DNA of 64,000 nt from a virus (IMGVR_UViG_3300031836_000002:32001-96000); one strand, 5' to 3'; counted from the stretch's first letter, positions 30,191-40,287 are shown. Notes: generated by a model from the letters alone, not told the origin. Program-made: numbers and translations.

Positions 30191-31519
30191 TTAGTGATCG
30201 TAGGGTGTGCCTGACTGAGCTGCGCGGATCTCGGCATCGGCTGCCAGTCGTGCCTTGTACTCGATCCTGTTGACTACCTGCCTGACTAGTACCTCCAGAT
30301 TCTTCAGGTTGCTGCTGTTGAAGATCACGTAGTCGGCATCGTCTTGACTGATGCTGTTCTCACTGCTGTGGTCGGTGACATCTTTCCCGTCATTGTCTCG
30401 CTGCACGTAGATGAGCACACCGCCCGCGGCCTTCACGGGTTCCCAGTCCTCGTGGTACCGCACACCTGCAACTATGCCTGAGTGCCCCTCGGCGGCGATC
30501 TGAGTGAGTTTCTCTGCTACGGGGATGTTCCATATGCCCATCCCGAATGTGCCTCGTGCTGCGTCGGTTCCCGAGGTGCGTAGTAGTCGCCTCACATCGG
30601 GAATATCCTTGGCGTCTTCATATCCGATTGCCTCAATGACATCCGCATATCTCATGTACTGAGCTGTGCCCTCTGGGACCATTCCCGCAGGCACCTGCAC
30701 GTAAGAGTTCTGTTGAATCAAGAATTTGTTCAGGGCATCCGAGACATTGAATTTCACATAAGGGCCTCGGCGTTCGATCATGTTGGCCACGGTGTCTTTT
30801 CCTGCTCGGGTACCTGAGCCTGCGATGGCAATTGGCACGGTGATGCGTTGTTTCTTTGTCGGTGTGCTGCCCAATATGCGCTGTGCTGCCGCCTGTGCGG
30901 CTATGTGGACCCTTTCACTGCTCTTGTGGGTTCGGCTAGGGGTAACTAGCTCTACGGCCTTCTGAGGGGCACTGAGCGATTCCCGTAGTGCTTGCTTGGC
31001 TTCCCCTACGGCCTCATGAGCTGTGGCGATCTGGATCGTGTCCGCGTGACCCATGATGCGGTCCAACTCATTCTCGGCGTCGATGAGTTTCTGGAGTGCC
31101 TTTGCTCGTATCGAGATCGTCCATGAGGGCGTCGCCATATCTGCTGGGAATATCGCCGGGTGATCGAGGTAGATCCTCTCGATACGGGCTGTGACCTTCT
31201 GAGCGTCCGCGGTCGTTTGATTAGCTGCCCGGTAGTCCTCGTCCTGCATCTGGGCGTAATAGTCCTCGTTCAGTTCCAATACCTCCGCTTGAAGCTTGCG
31301 CTCGGTGTCGAGGATCTCTTGAATGAGGTCACGGGTAAGTCTGACAGCTGTGTTGTTCTCATTCCACACTTCGGGTGCCACGTTGATACCTGTCGCGGGC
31401 TGCACTAGGTCACCGATATGCGTGAATTTGTTCTGCAAGTCCTCAGCGCGCTGTTCCCGTAGGCCTTGGCGCACGGCATCAGTGATGAAGGCTTTGAGCT
31501 TCTTGTCTGGGATGGGCAT
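30191..31519 (-). CDS. deoxynucleoside monophosphate kinase with long helical N-terminal extension
   Basis: IAGSGTRAGKDT P-loop, RRLLR..G, HSSE. Confidence 0.75.
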   Translation of the reverse strand: MPIPDKKLKAFITDAVRQGLREQRAEDLQNKFTHIGDLVQPATGINVAPEVWNENNTAVRLTRDLIQEILDTERKLQAEVLELNEDYYAQMQDEDYRAANQTTADAQKVTARIERIYLDHPAIFPADMATPSWTISIRAKALQKLIDAENELDRIMGHADTIQIATAHEAVGEAKQALRESLSAPQKAVELVTPSRTHKSSERVHIAAQAAAQRILGSTPTKKQRITVPIAIAGSGTRAGKDTVANMIERRGPYVKFNVSDALNKFLIQQNSYVQVPAGMVPEGTAQYMRYADVIEAIGYEDAKDIPDVRRLLRTSGTDAARGTFGMGIWNIPVAEKLTQIAAEGHSGIVAGVRYHEDWEPVKAAGGVLIYVQRDNDGKDVTDHSSENSISQDDADYVIFNSSNLKNLEVLVRQVVNRIEYKARLAADAEIRAAQSGTPYDH

Positions 31520-31916
31520 GGTCTACTCGTTTCCAAATTCTTGTTTGCGATCTGCTGCGGTGTCATGGTGTCTTATACGCCTTTGGCTCCATCTGGGCAG
31601 TGGTTCGCCTGACCGTCTCTGCGCGTAGCTCGGCTAGTTTGCGCTGGGCATAGTTGCCTTTGGGTTCCGCCCCGGTTGCGATCCTGTCCAGTTCCCTGAG
31701 CATGTCCACTCGTGCGAGGGCCTCTGAGGTGCCTTGGCTTTCGAGAAACTCGATGAGGGTCTTGTCATTCAATGAGCTGTGCCTCCAGCTGGGCAATCTT
31801 CTCGTCATACTTCTCGGCTAGCCTCCACAGTTCCCGGCGCACGGCCTGCGTCCTCTTGGACTGGATCGTGGCTATCGTCTGGGTTAGCTGTTGCTGCGAT
31901 AGCTGCACCTTCCCTC

Positions 31917-32882
31917 TCACGCTGCGTGCCCGTGCTCTAGCTCGGTAGTGCCTTGGCCACACGTAGGGCAGTTGCCTGCCTCGATGAGTAGCTCGGTGTA
32001 CTGATCTTGTAGCTCTGCCTGCTCTGCGGAGAGTTCAGTGACCTGCACTGATGCGTCCTTTGCTGCATTGCTCTGGGTACGGATGCGAGCGATCACTGCT
32101 TTGTACGCTGCCAGTGCGTCGGCTGCTGCGGTGATCGGGGCTGCATCCGGTACGGGTATTTTCAAATTCTTCTCTAGGTTGGCCACCACAGTGTCCGCCA
32201 TGTCTACCGTCTCGATGTACCGGCTGAGCTGGTCGATGTCCTTCTTGGCACTGCGGGCTTCGATGAGAGACTCTTCTGCCCGTCCCACTGCTGCGAGCTG
32301 GGCCTTCAGTGGTGCGTAGCTCTTAGCTTTCTCCCTGATGGTTGCGAGGTCCTCCGCCCGTGTCTTGAGCTGGCCTGAGTAGTTCAGCTTGCGTCGGTTG
32401 GATTCCCGTGCACCTTCGAATAGAACGTTGACGTTGGTGAGTGCTCCCAATACGCGGGCCACCTCTCCACCTGAATCGTTCAGTAGGTATGGTGCATCGA
32501 ACTGGCCTGCGTAGTTGATCGGATCCTTTGGCTCGATACCAATGAACGCCGATACCTCCTCTGGCACGGATCCACCGAGTTTCGTGAAAGTCCTTTGGTC
32601 CACGTTGGGATCGTCTGGGATGATCACGTACTCGTTGTCTTCAGTGCCCTTGCCACGCTTGAGAGTTACGCTGCCTCGGTCTACCTGCGCCTGTACGGTC
32701 ATGAGCTTCTCACCATGGGTGATGAACGCTGATCCTCTGGTGTTGCCTGTGAGGGTCTTCAGCGCTCGTGTGAGTGCACTCTTGCCGCTGCTGCTCGGTC
32801 CCACGATCACGGTGAGTCCCAATAGCTCTAGGTCTACCTTCTTCAGTGATTGGTAGTTCCTGATACTGACGTGACTAAGCAA
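31917..32882 (-). CDS. SbcC/Rad50-like ATPase (N-terminal half with Zn hook)
   Basis: IRNYQS, GPSSSGKS Walker A, coiled coil, CPTC. Confidence 0.8.
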   Translation of the reverse strand: MLSHVSIRNYQSLKKVDLELLGLTVIVGPSSSGKSALTRALKTLTGNTRGSAFITHGEKLMTVQAQVDRGSVTLKRGKGTEDNEYVIIPDDPNVDQRTFTKLGGSVPEEVSAFIGIEPKDPINYAGQFDAPYLLNDSGGEVARVLGALTNVNVLFEGARESNRRKLNYSGQLKTRAEDLATIREKAKSYAPLKAQLAAVGRAEESLIEARSAKKDIDQLSRYIETVDMADTVVANLEKNLKIPVPDAAPITAAADALAAYKAVIARIRTQSNAAKDASVQVTELSAEQAELQDQYTELLIEAGNCPTCGQGTTELEHGHAA

Positions 32883-33864
32883 TGTGCTTTCCCTTTCGGT
32901 TGCCTCGGCCTCGGAGGATAGCGCGGTCTCTTACCTGCTCGTGCAATGGGTAGCTGCGGGTCTCTGTGCGGGGCTTGGCATGCCGTGGCCCTAGTCGTCC
33001 CATGGACATGATCTCGTTGATGTTGTCTACGACGGTGATCTGGGCTGCACTGACTGCTGACGTCCCATAGTCCACTCCGTAGTGATCGTCACTGGGGGTC
33101 TCCTTGCTGCGTGAGTCAATGTGTTTCTGCATACGGGTTGCGGCCTCCTCTAAATCCTCTGCGGTGTCATGCCCTAGTGCTTTGCGTAGCATCTCGGTGC
33201 CTGCCCCGTAGTGGAGTGCGACGCCATGTTTCCGTAGGCCTTGGCGATCCTCTGGGGTGAGGTGTCCATCCTCTTCGATGACGGTTGGCTCGGCTCCTTC
33301 GAACTGTCCGGTGCTTCCATTGATAATAGCGATCACCTCTGGGTCTACATCAGTGAGTGGGATGCTCACCTTGCGGATGCGTCCCTCGGTCTGGTCCATC
33401 AAGAATTTCTCTGATGGCTCCTCGATGGTGGTGCGCTCCGGCTGCTGTTTCAAGAACAGTGCATGTGCCTTGTCGAGTAGTGCTGCATGGTTCTCTGCAT
33501 CCCCCGGTGTGCGTGTGACGGTGTACCCCAAGCGAGTGAACGTCTCAGTCCTCGGCCCGCGTGCCTCTCGTGCCTTCTGGTCCTCAGCGACGCGCTTGCG
33601 GAATGACTCAGTGGCGATCCTCTTGACTGTCTCTGGGTCTACGAGATACTCCTCCGGCTTTAGGTCTGGGTGGGATGCTTTGAGGTTCTGGAGTGCCTTG
33701 TTTGCTTGCTCCTTGGCCGTGGCCATTTGCTCTGGGGTGTAGTGCACCGTCCGGGGGTACTTTGGCTTGAGCTTGATGGCTCCTGAGTAGATGAGTGTGG
33801 TGAGCACACCAACGATGAATCCAGCTGCGGTGGCCGCACTGGCGGTAAAGAGTATTGGGTCCAT
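32875..33864 (-). CDS. membrane-anchored hypothetical protein
   Basis: N-terminal hydrophobic helix. Confidence 0.65.
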   Translation of the reverse strand: MDPILFTASAATAAGFIVGVLTTLIYSGAIKLKPKYPRTVHYTPEQMATAKEQANKALQNLKASHPDLKPEEYLVDPETVKRIATESFRKRVAEDQKAREARGPRTETFTRLGYTVTRTPGDAENHAALLDKAHALFLKQQPERTTIEEPSEKFLMDQTEGRIRKVSIPLTDVDPEVIAIINGSTGQFEGAEPTVIEEDGHLTPEDRQGLRKHGVALHYGAGTEMLRKALGHDTAEDLEEAATRMQKHIDSRSKETPSDDHYGVDYGTSAVSAAQITVVDNINEIMSMGRLGPRHAKPRTETRSYPLHEQVRDRAILRGRGNRKGKHIA

Positions 33865-33870
33865 GGTGTC

Positions 33871-34089
33871 TTATACGCTCCTGCGTGGGTTATTGGCAAT
33901 GGTGTACAGGCGATCTCTTGAGAGTCTCGTGATCCGCACTAGGGCTTTGTAGCTGACCTTGGCCTGTAGGGCATCTCGGATGAGGTTGTCCCGTATGGCT
34001 CTCTCCCGCTCTACTGCCTGCTCTGCTGCATTGAGAGCGCCTACCTGCTCCTTGAGGCTCTCTAGAGCCATTGTGACGCTGATTAGCAT
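33871..34089 (-). CDS. small HTH DNA-binding protein
   Basis: VSYKALVRITRLSRDRLYTI HTH-like segment. Confidence 0.55.
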   Translation of the reverse strand: MLISVTMALESLKEQVGALNAAEQAVERERAIRDNLIRDALQAKVSYKALVRITRLSRDRLYTIANNPRRSV

Positions 34090-34509
34090 GTGTTCCCGTT
34101 CGTCCGGTGGTGCTGAATGTAATCACCACACTACACGTATTTGTATCCTGCTCACCTATGGCTATTTCGTGATATGAGATAGTGCTCGGTGGCCTATTTC
34201 GTAAAACAACGGCCATCACGATATGTGATGGCCTGAGGTCTGGAGCTGTTCGGACTACGAGAATCCGTGGTAATCGGTGACGTAGTTGACTGCTTGAGTT
34301 TCAGTGGCGAAGTTGTTGTAGGTCAAGAAGGTGACCAAGTTCCAACCGCTGTGAGCTTCCAAGCCTTGAGTCAACAATGCTGTTGCCTCTGCCCGGTTCT
34401 GCCCCTTAGCGACTGCCCGATTGACTAACCGAACTGTGCGGGTCTGTTGAGTCTCCGCTGCTACTGCTGCGAACGTGTCCCGTAATGTTTCCCGTGCTGT
34501 CTGTGCCAT

Positions 34510-34576
34510 GGTGTCTCCTCTGTTGCTAGCTGACCTTACGTTCTCAGTCTAGCTGGTTAGGATGTCAATTGCAACC
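34510..34576 (-). promoter_or_regulatory. repeated promoter-RBS module
   Basis: TTGCAA-17-TAGACT, TAAGGTCAG, GAGGAGACACC. Confidence 0.8.
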
Positions 34577-34874
34577 GCTCCTTGAGCTGAGCCATGGTGA
34601 GCTTAGGGGCCTCGTGCACGCTGGGCTTAGTTGCTGGTGCTGTGCCTACCTCGTGCGTGGGACTGTCACTCTTGACGTGCTCGGGATGCTTCTTCTCAAG
34701 ACTGAGGAGATTGGACCACCACAGGTCATAGGTGGCGTCGTCAACGACACTTTTATCATCGTCGTTGTAGTAGCTGTCCTTCCACATCCACACGTGCCAG
34801 ATGATCCAGTCCATGAACGCGAGGTCGTATTCCAAACTGGGATAGCTGGCCACGTCTTGTGCGTAGCTCGGCAT
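34557..34874 (-). CDS. stand-alone NAD-dependent DNA ligase domain Ia homolog
   Basis: YY..D...VDDATYD...L..LE..HPE...DSPT.EVG. Confidence 0.75.
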   Translation of the reverse strand: MPSYAQDVASYPSLEYDLAFMDWIIWHVWMWKDSYYNDDDKSVVDDATYDLWWSNLLSLEKKHPEHVKSDSPTHEVGTAPATKPSVHEAPKLTMAQLKERLQLTS

Positions 34875-34884
34875 CGGTCCACGG

Positions 34885-35133
34885 TCAGTCATCGTCTCCG
34901 CTGCACTGTCTGCACTCTCGCTCGTGCTTGTTCCATCCCTCGGGATCTGTGTAATAGCGAGTGCTGTCGTGGATGCTCCACAGATGTCTCGAATTCTTGT
35001 TTGGGTCCCGCTCGTTGTCACAACACGGGTGGTGCTCCGCTGCGTCCCTACCGACCGGCTTCATCGAGTGGCCGGGATGATCCGGGCAGTCTTGTGGTGT
35101 CCAGCACTCTGGGGTGCATCCGCGTCCGATCAT
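34885..35133 (-). CDS. Cys/His-rich protein, paralog of 19361-19762
   Basis: shared motifs. Confidence 0.65.
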   Translation of the reverse strand: MIGRGCTPECWTPQDCPDHPGHSMKPVGRDAAEHHPCCDNERDPNKNSRHLWSIHDSTRYYTDPEGWNKHERECRQCSGDDD

Positions 35134-35726
35134 TAGTCCTCTTCACATGTGACGCATGAGGTGTCGGTGGCTCGGCACGCGGTGCACATGAGATATCCGC
35201 AGTGTTCACAAGAATCCGTGAAAGGGTTGCACGTCGGCGTCTCTAGGTTGCCTCTCACGCCTCCGCCCCCTCCGTACCCTGCCGGGTCCTCACAGTCTCC
35301 TGCAACCACACCACAGTGCTCGTAGTCTGCGATCTCGACTGTGCCCAAGATGGTGGCCGTGGCTGATGGGGTCCCGTTCATGCCCTCGACCCATTTCTCA
35401 ATAGATGAATAGACGGAGGCGTCGGGGTCTGGCGTGGCTATGGGAAGCCCCAAGCGCCCACTGATGCGCTCCATCTGGGTGCTACGGCCTGACTTGGCCA
35501 GTGTGGCAATAGCTCCGCCACATGCACGGGTCTTAGCTGCCACTGCTGCCTCTTCTCCCGAGTAGTCCACAGTCTTGTGGCAGAAGAAGTCCACTCCGTT
35601 CAAGAGATCTTCAGCGATCTCGATCACGCGCTCTGGGCGTAGCTCGAACTTCTTGTCGTTGCGGAATGGGCAATTGCTGCACGGGCCGCTGAGAGTGTAT
35701 CGGCTCTTGGCCTTCTTCTTAGTCAT
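35133..35726 (-). CDS. Cys-rich protein (DUF6283-like pattern)
   Basis: PCSNCPFR, FFCHKT, CGGA. Confidence 0.55.
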   Translation of the reverse strand: MTKKKAKSRYTLSGPCSNCPFRNDKKFELRPERVIEIAEDLLNGVDFFCHKTVDYSGEEAAVAAKTRACGGAIATLAKSGRSTQMERISGRLGLPIATPDPDASVYSSIEKWVEGMNGTPSATATILGTVEIADYEHCGVVAGDCEDPAGYGGGGGVRGNLETPTCNPFTDSCEHCGYLMCTACRATDTSCVTCEED

Positions 35727-36137
35727 TGGCTTTCCTCTCAGCTCGTTGTCCTGCACGGTAGTCCTGCCCCCGCATTTTTTCTTCTCGTGTCGCGTGTTGA
35801 CGGCACACGATTGGCACTATCGCTGTCGTCTCGATCACTGATGTCAGTATGTGAGTCAAAATCGGGTTCCAATCTCCCGCGGGGTAGGGGGCCTCGTAGT
35901 CTTCGGCCTGACTCCTCAGGTAGCTTTCAACGGCTTCCATCGAATTGAACGTTTTCGACTTCTGGGCGATGTTCGGCGGGAACCACACTAGTTTCCAAGA
36001 TTCAGTGGTGCTCATCATGGTGTCTCCTCTGGTGACCTATATGGTGAATCCTCCGAGAGAATGAGAGCTTCAATCTCGGAGGACCCTTTTCATCCCGGAA
36101 ATCTTCGAGTCCGGTATCTCGATCCTTCTTGGTACAT

Positions 36138-36171
36138 TTTCAGTATAACTGGTATGGATTGCAATTGCAAT
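36138..36171 (-). promoter_or_regulatory. promoter module with long leader
   Basis: TTGCAATTGCAA, 17-bp spacer, TATACT. Confidence 0.7.
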
Positions 36172-36173
36172 AC

Positions 36174-36695
36174 CTATTCGGCAGATCGTGCCTGCATCTC
36201 TGAGATAGCTCCAACCAACTCGTTGGTGTCTGTCATCTCGTAGAAGCTCTGGTGAAACCCCTCGGTGTTCTGGCGCATCACGTGCAGCTCGATGGGAGTG
36301 GGGAAACTACCTCGGCGTCCGTCCTCTACGGGGAATCCCCATGAGGCAATCAGCTCTTCGATCTCTGCTTGGCGTGCGGGGCTGGTGGTGCGTCCCGTGA
36401 ACACGTAGTCGCTGCCGTAGTGAATTCGGCTGCCATCCGACTCCGTGAGGAAATTGGATGAGGCCATGTCGGTCATGCCATCGAAGCTCTTGCCTTCGAA
36501 CTGGCGGGTGATCTCGCGTACTGCGGCATCACTGGGGCCGTCTGTCCAGCTCACCTGAGTGCTGGCTCCGCCTGAGTACTTGCTGCCTCGGACCGAGAAC
36601 CTGACACTGGGGAATGCGTTCTTCAGCGTCAAACGGATCAACTGGTTGGTCTCGTTCAGTGTGACGTACCGGGTGGGGCTTGATGTCTGTGTCAT
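36174..36695 (-). CDS. LPD29-like domain protein
   Basis: LK.AFP.VRFSVR...YSGGAS..VSWTDGP...FDGMTD. Confidence 0.7.
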   Translation of the reverse strand: MTQTSSPTRYVTLNETNQLIRLTLKNAFPSVRFSVRGSKYSGGASTQVSWTDGPSDAAVREITRQFEGKSFDGMTDMASSNFLTESDGSRIHYGSDYVFTGRTTSPARQAEIEELIASWGFPVEDGRRGSFPTPIELHVMRQNTEGFHQSFYEMTDTNELVGAISEMQARSAE

Positions 36696-36759
36696 GGTGT
36701 CTCCTTCAGTAGCTGACCTTACATTTTGAGTCTACGTCACAGAGAGGTCAATTGCAACC
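36696..36759 (-). promoter_or_regulatory. repeated promoter-RBS module
   Basis: TTGCAA-17-TAGACT, TAAGGTCAG, GGAGACACC. Confidence 0.8.
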
Positions 36760-37550
36760 TAAAGAGCGTTCAGGATCTCAGTCAGCTCTTCCGTGATGAC
36801 CCTCAACTCTATGTGGACCTCCGAATAGGCCCTTCTTGACATCTCAGGGAGAGAGTTTCGGACCATGAGCAGAGTATCGCGGCGTTGACCGAGCCTATGT
36901 ATTTCTCGAAACTGCTCGTCTCGGATCTCATCAGTGGATTGCACCACGGGAGCATTCTCGGCATCGTGCTGAGCGATAGCCTCGTCAAATTCTTGTTGTC
37001 GCACCTCTGGGTGCCGAAGCTGTCCGTCCACTAAGTGAGCGTAGTTGACATAGAAGCCTCTCAGCTGGGGTACGGATGTCTCAGACATTGGGTGTCTCCT
37101 TGGTGGTGAATTGGGTTATGTCGAGGATCTCCCCATTGAGAATGTGGAGGGTGGCGGGGTCTTTGGCGTTCTCTGTGGACACCAGAGAGAATCCGATGGT
37201 ACTGTCCGCTCTGGTGTTGAAGACACGGCCATCGACCAGTGAGACGATCCAGCGGGGATTTCCGTCACGGGTATTCAGTCGGCGTTTGATCTGGGAGATC
37301 TCTCCCTGAGTTGTTGTGGTCATGCCTGCACCGTGGGAACGGTGAAAGCAATCAGTGTCGCAATGACTTGCTCCTGAGTTCCGGTCTCGCCGTGCATGAT
37401 GTCGTTGGTTCCATCCGCTGCGTCCCAGTAGGCTACCTCGCCAAAGAATTGGCCATTCTCTGGTGTGCGTCCCAGCTCGAACCGGTAGTATCCGGGAGCT
37501 GTCTGCTCTACCTGCAATGTGTAACCGGTGGGGATGTTCAGTGCGTCCAT

Positions 37551-37611
37551 GGTGTCTCCTCTAGTTGACCTTACGTTTTGAGTCTAGCAACTTTAGATTG
37601 CAATTGCAACC
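37551..37611 (-). promoter_or_regulatory. repeated promoter-RBS module
   Basis: TTGCAATTGCAATCTAAAGTTGCTAGACT, TAAGGTCAA. Confidence 0.85.
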
Positions 37612-38014
37612 TAGATGTGCTGTCCAGCTGCCTCATCTGCCCGCCACTGGGCCATGCCTGCGCTCCGTGCCCCGTTGTAAGCGTTCTGAGCGTCTGTGTA
37701 TTGCTGCCACAGTCCAGTCGAAGCCTCTCCCGGCTCCGCGGCCATTGCGGCCTCCCACGCATCAGTTGTTACTTGGGCCAAACTCTCCAATGTCTGTTCC
37801 ATCGCTCTCACGACCAATCTGTCAAATTTCTTGTTTGTGGCTAGGTTGCCACCTGAACTACGGGCTGTCCGCCCAACTCGCACAAGGTCACGTGGACCTG
37901 TGGATGCTTCTTCCGGCCTGTGTACAGAGCGCGGGCTGCCTGCTGGGCTGCATATGTAGTGTCTGCGTAGACCTCGTGGCGAACTCCTTCAACAAAAGCA
38001 ACGTATCCGTTCAT

Positions 38015-38082
38015 GGTGACTCCTTCACTAGCTAACTGACCTTACATATTGAGTCTAGCAACTTTAGATTGCAATTGCAACC
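38015..38082 (-). promoter_or_regulatory. repeated promoter-RBS module
   Basis: same core as 37551-37611. Confidence 0.85.
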
Positions 38083-38092
38083 TCTGAGCGGG

Positions 38093-38350
38093 CTAGTCGC
38101 GCTCTCCTTCAGGGAGGTTGGATCCCACTAGGGACTCCATCAGCTCGGTGCACGTCGAACACACTGTGCGGCCTTGAGGATCCACCTGTTGTGGGACTAC
38201 CTTGCCACATAGCGCGGTCATTGGCCTGCCGTCGAAGATGTTGGCCTCGATGTCCTTCTTGAGGAAATAGTGCTGGAAGCGATCATGGTCGCCATCGTCG
38301 GTGTGCTTCAAGACCCTCTCGGTCTCGATGATCTCCATTGTGTCTGCCAC
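38093..38350 (-). CDS. DUF3039-like protein
   Basis: DHDRF.HY..K..I...G.P..ALCGK...C..C. Confidence 0.75.
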   Translation of the reverse strand: MADTMEIIETERVLKHTDDGDHDRFQHYFLKKDIEANIFDGRPMTALCGKVVPQQVDPQGRTVCSTCTELMESLVGSNLPEGERD

Positions 38351-39075
38351 GGCTAGCCTTTCTTTGCTGCGTCGAGGTGCTTAGGACTTAGAGAGAACCC
38401 AACCTTGATGTCGTATGAGAGAAGCCCATAGGATGGGACCCCCGTGCTGACGATACCCACGCTGGTGTGGTTCGACAACTCGTTCAAAATCTTCTTTAGC
38501 TCACCCACGTTGGTGACGTACCCAAGGTTGCCACGATTTCGTCCTGCCACTACCTGCTCCTGCATGTAGCGAAGAGCTGTTGAGCCTTCGGCTGCCTTGG
38601 GCCTTTCGGTCTTGGCGTTCTCGGCTTTCTTGTGGATGTTGAATGCGGCCTTGGCACGCGCTCGACTGGGTGCGTGCTTTCCGTCGCTAATGACTCCGTT
38701 TTTACCACATGAGCACCTCCAAGAGACACTGCTGGGAAAGCTGGTGCCTGAGTAGTAGTGCTCTGTGTATGTAGCTGCGTGTGCTGCCATGGTGTCTCCC
38801 TAGTCTATGTTCTGGGCTGCGAGGTGGTAGGACTCTTCTTGTCCACTGGCCACGATCAGGTCAAAGCGGTGACCCTGCTGGATCCGATGCTCCACGCCTT
38901 CGAGAGCGCCAATCATGTCATGAGTGGCATTCCACGCATCTGCAATGACTCCGAACTCTGGTGACGTGTTGTCCATGTCGGTGAAGTTCTCCGCAAAGAA
39001 GACTTGAATAGCACGAGCTGCTGCGAGCTGTGCTTGTGCTGTGGCGATCTGTTCGTTCATCTGTTTCTTGTTCAT

Positions 39076-39136
39076 GGTGTCTCCTCTGGTTGACCTTACG
39101 TCTTGAGTCTACATCACGTGGACTGCATTTGCAATC
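39076..39136 (-). promoter_or_regulatory. repeated promoter-RBS module
   Basis: TTGCAA-17-TAGACT, TAAGGTCAA, GAGGAGACACC. Confidence 0.8.
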
Positions 39137-39146
39137 CACAGAAGGC

Positions 39147-39172
39147 AAAGAAAAACCCCTCTTTCGAGGGGC
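39147..39172 (-). terminator. intrinsic terminator
   Basis: CCCCTC-GAAA-GAGGGG followed by TTTTT. Confidence 0.85.
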
Positions 39173-39177
39173 TAGTC

Positions 39178-39534
39178 CTAGTTGTTGGCGTACAGGTAGC
39201 CGAACCGGCGTGTGCGGTAAGCATCAACGGCCTCAGCGAACCCTGCGGGATCCGAGATGTTGAACCGAACGGCCAAACCACTGGGGTGGGTTTTGCTCTT
39301 CTGGGGAGCCTTCCATGAGGCTGCCTTGACCAGATCACCCGTGGCACGGACTACGAAGGCGTGAACCGAGAAGGAGAACTCTGACTCGCCCTGTTCCATG
39401 ATCTTGTCGTAGACGTTTCCGGCCTGAACGATGAACTTGGGGGCCTTGATGTACTTCTCGTTGGCGTATCGAGCGTCATCGACTGACTGCAAGCTAGCGG
39501 CGAATCGAGCTGAAGCTTCTGTGGGGTTTGGCAT
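39178..39534 (-). CDS. conserved phage protein
   Basis: SVHAFV...GDL.KAASWKAP motif; own promoter and terminator. Confidence 0.7.
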   Translation of the reverse strand: MPNPTEASARFAASLQSVDDARYANEKYIKAPKFIVQAGNVYDKIMEQGESEFSFSVHAFVVRATGDLVKAASWKAPQKSKTHPSGLAVRFNISDPAGFAEAVDAYRTRRFGYLYANN

Positions 39535-39601
39535 GGTGTCTCCTCTGTGACTGGTTGACCTTACACTTTGAGTCTAGCAACTTTAGATTGCAATTGCAAC
39601 C
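39535..39601 (-). promoter_or_regulatory. repeated promoter-RBS module
   Basis: same core as 37551-37611. Confidence 0.85.
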
Positions 39602-40213
39602 TCTGAGCTACTAGCTTTCTCTGTTGTTGTGGAGGAATAGCTGGATCTCATCCGTGCCTGCCACATCGAAATCGTAGGGACCATCTGGGAGTTCCACAGT
39701 GTCCGGATACGTTTCTCGATCTGAGAATGTCACAAGGATCGACTCGCCCCCGTCTCCATGCCGGGGTAGGTACTTCCGCGTGGCTTCTATCTTGGGCTTC
39801 ATGGCTCTAACTGGTAGCTGCCCACCAGTTGGTCGAAGTCCCCGGCTCGCACGAGGATCAGGTCAGCGGTCTCCACGAGGGCCTTGACGTTAGCAATGGT
39901 GTACTCGAACCCGATGACACTGGACAAGGCAGAGCTACCGGGCTTGTAGCTCTCCATCAGCCTAAGGGTGATGGGCTTGGCGCGACTCTTGGGATTGTGC
40001 TTCACCTCCCACCAGCGGCTGTGTCCGGCTTTGGGGAGACTTTTCTTCAGCTGCTCACGCAGGTGGGAGGTGATCGGCTCTTTGGTGGTCATGATCTGTT
40101 GTACGCCTATCTCCGGGCGTAGAAAAGGGCTGGCCTTCCGAGAATACGGTTTGACCAGCCCAGCGACCCAAAGCGCCCCCACCGGGCCGCGTGGTCAGTC
40201 TATACGACTACTG

Positions 40214-40287
40214 TCCCTCAGGGTGGACTCGAACCACCGCGTCACCTTGTTATGAGCAAGGGGCCTTACCAGCTTGGCTACCGAGGG
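40214..40287 (-). tRNA. tRNA-Met or Ile2 (CAT)
   Basis: cloverleaf, CCTTG-CTCATAA-CAAGG, paired 1:72. Confidence 0.85.

Noticed and set aside
2179-39601. Repeated ~60-bp module as a CRISPR array or integron attC array
   Set aside because: Spacing is hundreds to thousands of bp of genes, the repeat contains -10 and RBS elements, and there is no cas operon, integrase or attC-type hairpin
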